Assembly: GCA_032718475.1 (NCBI GenBank)
Contig: JAUCBJ010000488.1
Coordinates: 68,710 to 132,709, forward strand
Direction of reading: 5' to 3'
DNA: 64,000 nucleotides
Source: Nemertoderma westbladi
Lineage: Eukaryota; Animalia; Xenacoelomorpha
Positions 12,001 to 24,000 of this stretch are shown here, one piece after another. How positions within the stretch are numbered: the stretch's first letter is position 1; every line of letters begins with the position of its first letter. Both the position numbers and the translations under genes were made by a program. Under the pieces are notes generated by a model. The model had not been told where the DNA came from, did no database searches, and was given only the letters and a program-made list of their open reading frames with translations.

Positions 12001-15000
12001 CAGTGTCAGGGTGGTACAAGTAAAATAAAGTTAGCGGTGTCAGTGTCAGGGTGGTACAAGTAAAATAAAGTTAGCGGTGTCAGTGTCAGGGTGGTACAAG
12101 TAAAATAAAGTTAGCGTGTCAGTGTCAGGGTGGTACAAGTAAAGAAAGTTAGCGGTGTCAGGGTGGTACAAGTAAAATAAAGTTAGCGTGTCAGTGTCAG
12201 GGTGGTACAAGTAAAATAAAGTTAGCGGTGTCAGGGTGGTACAAGTAAAATAAAGTTAGCGTGTCAGTGTCAGGGTGGTACAAGTAAAATAAAGTTAGCG
12301 GTGTCAGGGTGGTATAAGTAAAATAAAGTTAGCGTGTCAGAATCAGGGTGGTACAAGTAAAATAAAGTTAGCGGTGTCAGTGTCAGGGTGGTACAAGTAA
12401 AAGAAACTTAGCGGTGTCAGAGTCAGGGTGGTACAAGTAAAATAAAGTTAGCGGTGTCAGAGTCAGGGTGGTACAAGTAAAATAAAGTTAGCGGTGTCAG
12501 AGTCAGGGTGGTACAAGTAAAATAAAGTTAGCGGTGTCAGAGTTAGGGTGGTACAAGTAAAATAAAGTTAGCGGTGTCAGAGTCAGGGTGGTACAAGTAA
12601 AATAAAGTTAGCGGTGTCAGAGTTAGGGTGGTAAAAGTAAAATAAAGTTAGCGGTGTCAGAGTCAGGGTGGTACAAGTAAAATAAAGTTAGCGGTGTCAG
12701 AGTTAGGGTGGAACAAGTAAAATAAAGTTAGCGGTGTCAGAGTCAGGGTGGTACAAGTAAAATAAAGTTAGCGGTGTCAGAGTCAGGGTGGTACAAGTAA
12801 AATAAAGTTAGCGGTGTCAGAGTTAGGGTGGTACAAGTAAAATAAAGTTAGCGGTGTCAGAGTCAGGGCGGTACAAGTAAAATAATGTTAGCGGTGTCAG
12901 AGTCAGGGTGGTACAAGTAAAATAAAGTTAGCGTGTCAGTGTCAGGGTGGTACAAGTAAAATAAAGTTAGCGGTGTCAGAGTCAGGGTGGTACAAGTAAA
13001 ATAAAGTTAGCGGTGTCAGAGTCAGGGTGGTACAAGTAAAATAAAGTTAGCGGTGTCAGAGTCAGGGTGGTACAAGTAAAATAAAGTTAGCGGTGTCAGG
13101 GTGGTATAAGTAAAATAAAGTTAGCGGTGTCAGAGTCAGGGTGGTACAAGTAAAACAAAGTTAGCGGTGTCAGTGTCAGGGTGGTACAAGTAAAATAAAG
13201 TTAGCGGTGTCAGTGTCAGGGTGGTACAAGTAAAATAAAGTTAGCGGTGTCAGAGTCAGGGTGGTACAAGTAAAATAAAGTTAGCGGTGTCAGAGTCAGG
13301 GTGGTACAAGTAAAATAAAGTTAGCGGTGTCAGAGTCAGGGTGGTACAAGTAAAATAAAGTTAGCGGTGTCAGAGTCAGGGTGGTACAAGTAAAATAAAG
13401 TTAGCGGTGTCAGAGTCAGGGTGGTACAAGTAAAATAAAGTTAGCGGTGTCAGGGTGGTATAAGTAAAATAAAGTTAGCGGTGTCAGAGTCAGGGTGGTA
13501 CAAATAAAACAAAGTTAGCGGTGTCAGTGTCAGGGTGGTACAAGTAAAATAAAGTTAGCGGTGTCAGAGTCAGGGTGGTACAAGTAAAATAAAGTTAGCG
13601 GTGTCAGAGTCAGGGTGGTACAAGTAAAATAAAGTTAGCGGTGTCAGGGTGGTATAAGTAAAATAAAGTTAGCGGTGTCAGAGTCAGGGTGGTACAAGTA
13701 AAACAAAGTTAGCGGTGTCAGTGTCAGGGTGGTACAAGTAAAATAAAGTTAGCGGTGTCAGTGTCAGGGTGGTACAAGTAAAATAAAGTTAGCGGTGTCA
13801 GAGTCAGGGTGGTACAAGTAAAATAAAGTTAGCGGTGTCAGTGTCAGGGTGGTACATGTAAAATAAAGTTAGCGGTGTCAGAGTCAGGGTGGTACAAGTA
13901 AAATAAAGTTAGCGTGTCAGTGTCAGGGTGGTACAAGTAAAATAAAGTTAGCGGTGTCAGAGTCAGGGTGGTACAAGTAAAACAAAGTTAGCGGTGTCAG
14001 AGTCAGGGTGGTACAAGTAAAATAAAGTTAGCGTGTCAGTGTTAGGGTGGTACAAGTAAAATAAAGTTAGCGTGTCAGTGTCAGGGTGGTACAAGTAAAA
14101 TAAAGTTAGCGGTGTCAGGGTGGTATAAGTAAAATAAAGTTAGCGTGTCAGAGTCAGGGTGGTACAAGTAAAATAAAGTTAGCGGTGTCAGTGTCAGGGT
14201 GGTACAAGTAAAATAAACTTAGCGGTGTCAGAGTCAGGGTGGTACAAGTAAAACAAAGTTAGCGCTGTCAGTGTCAGGGTGGTACAAGTAAAATAAAGTT
14301 AGCGGTGTCAGTGTCAGGGTGGTACAAGTAAAATAAAGTTAGCGCTGTCAGTGTCAGGGTGGTACAAGTAAAATAAAGTTAGCGGTGTCAGTGTCAGAGT
14401 GGTACAAGTAAAATAAAGTTAGCGGTGTCAGAGTCAGGGTGGTACAAGTAAAACAAAGTTAGCGGTGTCAGAGTCAGGGTGGTACAAGTAAAATAAAGTT
14501 AGCGGTGTCAGTGTCAGGGTGGTACAAGTAAAATAAAGTTAGCGGTGTCAGAGTCAGGGTGGTACAAGTAAAATAAAGTTAGCGGTGTCAGAGTCAGGGT
14601 GGTACAAGTAAAATAAAGTTAGCGGTGTCAGAGTCAGGGTGGTACAAGTAAAATAAAGTTAGCGGTGTCAGAGTCAGGGTGGTACAAGTAAAATAAAGTT
14701 AGCGGTGTCAGAGTCAGGGTGGTACAAGTAAAATAAAGTTAGCGGTGTCAGGGTGGTATAAGTAAAATAAAGTTAGCGGTGTCAGAGTCAGGGTGGTACA
14801 AATAAAACAAAGTTAGCGGTGTCAGTGTCAGGGTGGTACAAGTAAAATAAAGTTAGCGGTGTCAGAGTCAGGGTGGTACAAGTAAAATAAAGTTAGCGGT
14901 GTCAGAGTCAGGGTGGTACAAGTAAAATAAAGTTAGCGGTGTCAGGGTGGTATAAGTAAAATAAAGTTAGCGGTGTCAGAGTCAGGGTGGTACAAGTAAA

Positions 15001-18000
15001 ACAAAGTTAGCGGTGTCAGTGTCAGGGTGGTACAAGTAAAATAAAGTTAGCGGTGTCAGTGTCAGGGTGGTACAAGTAAAATAAAGTTAGCGGTGTCAGA
15101 GTCAGGGTGGTACAAGTAAAATAAAGTTAGCGGTGTCAGTGTCAGGGTGGTACATGTAAAATAAAGTTAGCGGTGTCAGAGTCAGGGTGGTACAAGTAAA
15201 ATAAAGTTAGCGTGTCAGTGTCAGGGTGGTACAAGTAAAATAAAGTTAGCGGTGTCAGAGTCAGGGTGGTACAAGTAAAACAAAGTTAGCGGTGTCAGAG
15301 TCAGGGTGGTACAAGTAAAATAAAGTTAGCGTGTCAGTGTTAGGGTGGTACAAGTAAAATAAAGTTAGCGTGTCAGTGTCAGGGTGGTACAAGTAAAATA
15401 AAGTTAGCGGTGTCAGGGTGGTATAAGTAAAATAAAGTTAGCGTGTCAGAGTCAGGGTGGTACAAGTAAAATAAAGTTAGCGGTGTCAGTGTCAGGGTGG
15501 TACAAGTAAAATAAACTTAGCGGTGTCAGAGTCAGGGTGGTACAAGTAAAACAAAGTTAGCGCTGTCAGTGTCAGGGTGGTACAAGTAAAATAAAGTTAG
15601 CGGTGTCAGTGTCAGGGTGGTACAAGTAAAATAAAGTTAGCGCTGTCAGTGTCAGGGTGGTACAAGTAAAATAAAGTTAGCGGTGTCAGTGTCAGAGTGG
15701 TACAAGTAAAATAAAGTTAGCGGTGTCAGAGTCAGGGTGGTACAAGTAAAACAAAGTTAGCGGTGTCAGAGTCAGGGTGGTACAAGTAAAATAAAGTTAG
15801 CGGTGTCAGGGTGGTACAAGTAAAATAAAGTTAGCGGTGTCAGAGTCAGGGTGGTACAAGTAAAATAAAGTTAGCGGTGTCAGAGTCAGGGTGGTACAAG
15901 TAAAATAAAGTTAGCGGTGTCAGAGTCAGGGTGGTACAAGTAAAATAAAGTTAGCGGTGTCAGAGTCAGGGTGGTACAAGTAAAATAAAGTTAGCGTGTC
16001 AGTGTCAGGGTGGTACAAGTAAAATAAAGTTAGCGGTGTCAGGGTGGTATAAGTAAAATAAAGTTAGCGTGTCAGAGTCAGGGTGGTACAAGTAAAATAC
16101 AGTTAGCGGTGTCAGTGTCAGGGTGGTACAAGTAAAAGAAACTTAGCGGTGTCAGAGTCAGGGTGGTACAAGTAAAATAAAGTTAGCGGTGTCAGAGTCA
16201 GGGTGGTACAAGTAAAATAAAGTTAGCGGTGTCAGAGTCAGGGTGGTACAAGTAAAATAAAGTTAGCGGTGTCAGAGTTAGGGTGGTACAAGTAAAATAA
16301 AGTTAGCGGTGTCAGAGTCAGGGTGGTACAAGTAAAATAAAGTTAGCGGTGTCAGAGTTAGGGTGGTAAAAGTAAAATAAAGTTAGCGGTGTCAGAGTCA
16401 GGGTGGTACAAGTAAAATAAAGTTAGCGGTGTCAGAGTTAGGGTGGAACAAGTAAAATAAAGTTAGCGGTGTCAGAGTCAGGGTGGTACAAGTAAAATAA
16501 AGTTAGCGGTGTCAGAGTCAGGGTGGTACAAGTAAAATAAAGTTAGCGGTGTCAGAGTTAGGGTGGTACAAGTAAAATAAAATTAGCGGTGTCAGAGTCA
16601 GGGTGGTACAAGTAAAATAATGTTAGCGGTGTCAGAGTCAGGGTGGTACAAGTAAAATAAAGTTAGCGTGTCAGTGTCAGGGTGGTACAAGTAAAATAAA
16701 GTTAGCGGTGTCAGAGTCAGGGTGGTACAAGTAAAATAAAGTTAGCGGTGTCAGAGTCAGGGTGGTACAAGTAAAATAAAGTTAGCGTGTCAGTGTCAGG
16801 GTGGTACAAGTAAAATAAAGTTAGCGGTGTCAGAGTCAGGGTGGTACAAGGAAAATAAAGTTAGCGGTGTCAGAGTCAGGGTGGTACAAGTAAAATAAAG
16901 TTAGCGGTGTCAGAGTCAGGGTGGTACAAGTAAAATAAAGTTAGCGGTGTCAGAGTCAGGGTGGTACAAGTAAAATAAAGTTAGCGTGTCAGTGTCATGG
17001 TGGTACAAGTAAAATAAAGTTAGCGGTGTCAGAGTCAGGGTGGTACAAGTAAAATAAAGTTAGCGGTGTCAGTGTCAGGGTGGTACAAGTAAAATAAAGT
17101 TAGCGGTGTCAGTGTCAGGGTGGTACAAGTAAAATAAAGTTAGCGGTGTCAGTGTCAGGGTGGTACAAGTAAAATAAAGTTAGCGTGTCAGTGTCAGGGT
17201 GGTACAAGTAAAGAAAGTTAGCGGTGTCAGGGTGGTACAAGTAAAATAAAGTTAGCGTGTCAGTGTCAGGGTGGTACAAGTAAAATAAAGTTAGCGGTGT
17301 CAGGGTGGTACAAGTAAAATAAAGTTAGCGTGTCAGTGTCAGGGTGGTACAAGTAAAATAAAGTTAGCGGTGTCAGGGTGGTATAAGTAAAATAAAGTTA
17401 GCGTGTCAGAATCAGGGTGGTACAAGTAAAATAAAGTTAGCGGTGTCAGTGTCAGGGTGGTACAAGTAAAAGAAACTTAGCGGTGTCAGAGTCAGGGTGG
17501 TACAAGTAAAATAAAGTTAGCGGTGTCAGAGTCAGGGTGGTACAAGTAAAATAAAGTTAGCGGTGTCAGAGTCAGGGTGGTACAAGTAAAATAAAGTTAG
17601 CGGTGTCAGAGTTAGGGTGGTACAAGTAAAATAAAGTTAGCGGTGTCAGAGTCAGGGTGGTACAAGTAAAATAAAGTTAGCGGTGTCAGAGTTAGGGTGG
17701 TAAAAGTAAAATAAAGTTAGCGGTGTCAGAGTCAGGGTGGTACAAGTAAAATAAAGTTAGCGGTGTCAGAGTTAGGGTGGAACAAGTAAAATAAAGTTAG
17801 CGGTGTCAGAGTCAGGGTGGTACAAGTAAAATAAAGTTAGCGGTGTCAGAGTCAGGGTGGTACAAGTAAAATAAAGTTAGCGGTGTCAGAGTTAGGGTGG
17901 TACAAGTAAAATAAAGTTAGCGGTGTCAGAGTCAGGGCGGTACAAGTAAAATAATGTTAGCGGTGTCAGAGTCAGGGTGGTACAAGTAAAATAAAGTTAG

Positions 18001-21000
18001 CGTGTCAGTGTCAGGGTGGTACAAGTAAAATAAAGTTAGCGGTGTCAGAGTCAGGGTGGTACAAGTAAAATAAAGTTAGCGGTGTCAGAGTCAGGGTGGT
18101 ACAAGTAAAATAAAGTTAGCGGTGTCAGAGTCAGGGTGGTACAAGTAAAATAAAGTTAGCGGTGTCAGGGTGGTATAAGTAAAATAAAGTTAGCGGTGTC
18201 AGAGTCAGGGTGGTACAAGTAAAACAAAGTTAGCGGTGTCAGTGTCAGGGTGGTACAAGTAAAATAAAGTTAGCGGTGTCAGTGTCAGGGTGGTACAAGT
18301 AAAGAAAGTTAGCGGTGTCAGGGTGGTACAAGTAAAATAAAGTTAGCGTGTCAGTGTCAGGGTGGTACAAGTAAAATAAAGTTAGCGGTGTCAGGGTGGT
18401 ATAAGTAAAATAAAGTTAGCGTGTCAGAATCAGGGTGGTACAAGTAAAATAAAGTTAGCGGTGTCAGTGTCAGGGTGGTACAAGTAAAAGAAACTTAGCG
18501 GTGTCAGAGTCAGGGTGGTACAAGTAAAATAAAGTTAGCGGTGTCAGAGTCAGGGTGGTACAAGTAAAATAAAGTTAGCGGTGTCAGAGTCAGGGTGGTA
18601 CAAGTAAAATAAAGTTAGCGGTGTCAGAGTTAGGGTGGTACAAGTAAAATAAAGTTAGCGGTGTCAGAGTCAGGGTGGTACAAGTAAAATAAAGTTAGCG
18701 GTGTCAGAGTTAGGGTGGTAAAAGTAAAATAAAGTTAGCGGTGTCAGAGTCAGGGTGGTACAAGTAAAATAAAGTTAGCGGTGTCAGAGTTAGGGTGGAA
18801 TAAGTAAAATAAAGTTAGCGGTGTCAGAGTCAGGGTGGTACAAGTAAAATAAAGTTAGCGGTGTCAGAGTCAGGGTGGTACAAGTAAAATAAAGTTAGCG
18901 GTGTCAGAGTTAGGGTGGTACAAGTAAAATAAAGTTAGCGGTGTCAGAGTCAGGGCGGTACAAGTAAAATAATGTTAGCGGTGTCAGAGTCAGGGTGGTA
19001 CAAGTAAAATAAAGTTAGCGTGTCAGTGTCAGGGTGGTACAAGTAAAATAAAGTTAGCGGTGTCAGAGTCAGGGTGGTACAAGTAAAATAAAGTTAGCGG
19101 TGTCAGAGTCAGGGTGGTACAAGTAAAATAAAGTTAGCGGTGTCAGAGTTAGGGTGGAACAAGTAAAATAAAGTTAGCGGTGTCAGAGTCAGGGTGGTAC
19201 AAGTAAAATAAAGTTAGCGGTGTCAGAGTCAGGGTGGTACAAGTAAAATAAAGTTAGCGGTGTCAGAGTTAGGGTGGTACAAGTAAAATAAAGTTAGCGG
19301 TGTCAGAGTCAGGGCGGTACAAGTAAAATAATGTTAGCGGTGTCAGAGTCAGGGTGGTACAAGTAAAATAAAGTTAGCGTGTCAGTGTCAGGGTGGTACA
19401 AGTAAAATAAAGTTAGCGGTGTCAGAGTCAGGGTGGTACAAGTAAAATAAAGTTAGCGGTGTCAGAGTCAGGGTGGTACAAGTAAAATAAAGTTAGCGGT
19501 GTCAGAGTCAGGGTGGTACAAGTAAAATAAAGTTAGCGGTGTCAGGGTGGTATAAGTAATATAAAGTTAGCGGTGTCAGAGTCAGGGTGGTACAAGTAAA
19601 ACAAAGTTAGCGGTGTCAGTGTCAGGGTGGTACAAGTAAAATAAAGTTAGCGGTGTCAGTGTCAGGGTGGTACAAGTAAAATAAAGTTAGCGGTGTCAGA
19701 GTCAGGGTGGTACAAGTAAAATAAAGTTAGCGGTGTCAGAGTCAGGGTGGTACAAGTAAAATAAAGTTAGCGGTGTCAGAGTCAGGGTGGTACAAGTAAA
19801 ATAAAGTTAGCGGTGTCAGAGTCAGGGTGGTACAAGTAAAATAAAGTTAGCGGTGTCAGAGTCAGGGTGGTACAAGTAAAATAAAGTTAGCGGTGTCAGG
19901 GTGGTATAAGTAAAATAAAGTTAGCGGTGTCAGAGTCAGGGTGGTACAAATAAAACAAAGTTAGCGGTGTCAGTGTCAGGGTGGTACAAGTAAAATAAAG
20001 TTAGCGGTGTCAGAGTCAGGGTGGTACAAGTAAAATAAAGTTAGCGGTGTCAGAGTCAGGGTGGTACAAGTAAAATAAAGTTAGCGGTGTCAGGGTGGTA
20101 TAAGTAAAATAAAGTTAGCGGTGTCAGAGTCAGGGTGGTACAAGTAAAACAAAGTTAGCGGTGTCAGTGTCAGGGTGGTACAAGTAAAATAAAGTTAGCG
20201 GTGTCAGTGTCAGGGTGGTACAAGTAAAATAAAGTTAGCGGTGTCAGAGTCAGGGTGGTACAAGTAAAATAAAGTTAGCGGTGTCAGTGTCAGGGTGGTA
20301 CAAGTAAAATAAAGTTAGCGGTGTCAGAGTCAGGGTGGTACAAGTAAAATAAAGTTAGCGTGTCAGTGTCAGGGTGGTACAAGTAAAATAAAGTTAGCGG
20401 TGTCAGAGTCAGGGTGGTACAAGTAAAACAAAGTTAGCGGTGTCAGAGTCAGGGTGGTACAAGTAAAATAAAGTTAGCGTGTCAGTGTTAGGGTGGTACA
20501 AGTAAAATAAAGTTAGCGTGTCAGTGTCAGGGTGGTACAAGTAAAATAAAGTTAGCGGTGTCAGGGTGGTATAAGTAAAATAAAGTTAGCGTGTCAGAGT
20601 CAGGGTGGTACAAGTAAAATAAAGTTAGCGGTGTCAGTGTCAGGGTGGTACAAGTAAAATAAACTTAGCGGTGTCAGAGTCAGGGTGGTACAAGTAAAAC
20701 AAAGTTAGCGCTGTCAGTGTCAGGGTGGTACAAGTAAAATAAAGTTAGCGGTGTCAGTGTCAGGGTGGTACAAGTAAAATAAAGTTAGCGCTGTCAGTGT
20801 CAGGGTGGTACAAGTAAAATAAAGTTAGCGGTGTCAGTGTCAGAGTGGTACAAGTAAAATAAAGTTAGCGGTGTCAGAGTCAGGGTGGTACAAGTAAAAC
20901 AAAGTTAGCGGTGTCAGAGTCAGGGTGGTACAAGTAAAATAAAGTTAGCGGTGTCAGGGTGGTACAAGTAAAATAAAGTTAGCGGTGTCAGAGTCAGGGT

Positions 21001-24000
21001 GGTACAAGTAAAATAAAGTTAGCGGTGTCAGAGTCAGGGTGGTACAAGTAAAATAAAGTTAGCGGTGTCAGAGTCAGGGTGGTACAAGTAAAATAAAGTT
21101 AGCGGTGTCAGAGTCAGGGTGGTACAAGTAAAACAAAGTTGGCGGTGTCAGTGTCAGGGTGGTACAAGTAAAATAAAGTTAGCGGTGTCAGAGTCAGGGT
21201 GGTACAAGTAAAATAAAGTTAGCGGTGTCAGAGTCAGGGTGGTACAAGTAAAATAAAGTTAGCGTGTCAGTGTCAGGGTGGTACAAGTAAAATAAAGTTA
21301 GCGGTGTCAGGGTGGTATAAGTAAAATAAAGTTAGCGTGTCAGAGTCAGGGTGGTACAAGTAAAATACAGTTAGCGGTGTCAGTGTCAGGGTGGTACAAG
21401 TAAAAGAAACTTAGCGGTGTCAGAGTCAGGGTGGTACAAGTAAAATAAAGTTAGCGGTGTCAGAGTCAGGGTGGTACAAGTAAAATAAAGTTAGCGGTGT
21501 CAGAGTCAGGGTGGTACAAGTAAAATAAAGTTAGCGGTGTCAGAGTTAGGGTGGTACAAGTAAAATAAAGTTAGCGGTGTCAGAGTCAGGGTGGTACAAG
21601 TAAAATAAAGTTAGCGGTGTCAGAGTTAGGGTGGTAAAAGTAAAATAAAGTTAGCGGTGTCAGAGTCAGGGTGGTACAAGTAAAATAAAGTTAGCGGTGT
21701 CAGAGTTAGGGTGGAACAAGTAAAATAAAGTTAGCGGTGTCAGAGTCAGGGTGGTACAAGTAAAATAAAGTTAGCGGTATCAGAGTCAGGGTGGTACAAG
21801 TAAAATAAAGTTAGCGGTGTCAGAGTTAGGGTGGTACAAGTAAAATAAAATTAGCGGTGTCAGAGTCAGGGTGGTACAAGTAAAATAATGTTAGCGGTGT
21901 CAGAGTCAGGGTGGTACAAGTAAAATAAAGTTAGCGTGTCAGTGTCAGGGTGGTACAAGTAAAATAAAGTTAGCGGTGTCAGAGTCAGGGTGGTACAAGT
22001 AAAATAAAGTTAGCGGTGTCAGAGTCAGGGTGGTACAAGTAAAATAAAGTTAGCGTGTCAGTGTCAGGGTGGTACAAGTAAAATAAAGTTAGCGGTGTCA
22101 GAGTCAGGGTGGTACAAGGAAAATAAAGTTAGCGGTGTCAGAGTCAGGGTGGTACAAGTAAAATAAAGTTAGCGGTGTCAGAGTCAGGGTGGTACAAGTA
22201 AAATAAAGTTAGCGGTGTCAGAGTCAGGGTGGTACAAGTAAAATAAAGTTAGCGTGTCAGTGTCATGGTGGTACAAGTAAAATAAAGTTAGCGGTGTCAG
22301 AGTCAGGGTGGTACAAGTAAAATAAAGTTAGCGGTGTCAGTGTCAGGGTGGTACAAGTAAAATAAAGTTAGCGGTGTCAGTGTCAGGGTGGTACAAGTAA
22401 AATAAAGTTAGCGGTGTCAGTGTCAGGGTGGTACAAGTAAAATAAAGTTAGCGTGTCAGTGTCAGGGTGGTACAAGTAAAGAAAGTTAGCGGTGTCAGGG
22501 TGGTACAAGTAAAATAAAGTTAGCGTGTCAGTGTCAGGGTGGTACAAGTAAAATAAAGTTAGCGGTGTCAGGGTGGTACAAGTAAAATAAAGTTAGCGTG
22601 TCAGTGTCAGGGTGGTACAAGTAAAATAAAGTTAGCGGTGTCAGGGTGGTATAAGTAAAATAAAGTTAGCGTGTCAGAATCAGGGTGGTACAAGTAAAAT
22701 AAAGTTAGCGGTGTCAGTGTCAGGGTGGTACAAGTAAAAGAAACTTAGCGGTGTCAGAGTCAGGGTGGTACAAGTAAAATAAAGTTAGCGGTGTCAGAGT
22801 CAGGGTGGTACAAGTAAAATAAAGTTAGCGGTGTCAGAGTCAGGGTGGTACAAGTAAAATAAAGTTAGCGGTGTCAGAGTTAGGGTGGTACAAGTAAAAT
22901 AAAGTTAGCGGTGTCAGAGTCAGGGTGGTACAAGTAAAATAAAGTTAGCGGTGTCAGAGTTAGGGTGGTAAAAGTAAAATAAAGTTAGCGGTGTCAGAGT
23001 CAGGGTGGTACAAGTAAAATAAAGTTAGCGGTGTCAGAGTTAGGGTGGAACAAGTAAAATAAAGTTAGCGGTGTCAGAGTCAGGGTGGTACAAGTAATAT
23101 AAAGTTAGCGGTGTCAGAGTCAGGGTGGTACAAGTAAAATAAAGTTAGCGGTGTCAGAGTTAGGGTGGTACAAGTAAAATAAAGTTAGCGGTGTCAGAGT
23201 CAGGGCGGTACAAGTAAAATAATGTTAGCGGTGTCAGAGTCAGGGTGGTACAAGTAAAATAAAGTTAGCGTGTCAGTGTCAGGGTGGTACAAGTAAAATA
23301 AAGTTAGCGGTGTCAGAGTCAGGGTGGTACAAGTAAAATAAAGTTAGCGGTGTCAGAGTCAGGGTGGTACAAGTAAAATAAAGTTAGCGGTGTCAGAGTC
23401 AGGGTGGTACAAGTAAAATAAAGTTAGCGGTGTCAGGGTGGTATAAGTAAAATAAAGTTAGCGGTGTCAGAGTCAGGGTGGTACAAGTAAAACAAAGTTA
23501 GCGGTGTCAGTGTCAGGGTGGTACAAGTAAAATAAAGTTAGCGGTGTCAGTGTCAGGGTGGTACAAGTAAAATAAAGTTAGCGGTGTCAGAGTCAGGGTG
23601 GTACAAGTAAAATAAAGTTAGCGGTGTCAGAGTCAGGGTGGTACAAGTAAAATAAAGTTAGCGGTGTCAGAGTCAGGGTGGTACAAGTAAAATAAAGTTA
23701 GCGGTGTCAGAGTCAGGGTGGTACAAGTAAAATAAAGTTAGCGGTGTCAGAGTCAGGGTGGTACAAGTAAAATAAAGTTAGCGGTGTCAGGGTGGTATAA
23801 GTAAAATAAAGTTAGCGGTGTCAGAGTCAGGGTGGTACAAATAAAACAAAGTTAGCGGTGTCAGTGTCAGGGTGGTACAAGTAAAATAAAGTTAGCGGTG
23901 TCAGAGTCAGGGTGGTACAAGTAAAATAAAGTTAGCGGTGTCAGAGTCAGGGTGGTACAAGTAAAATAAAGTTAGCGGTGTCAGGGTGGTATAAGTAAAA

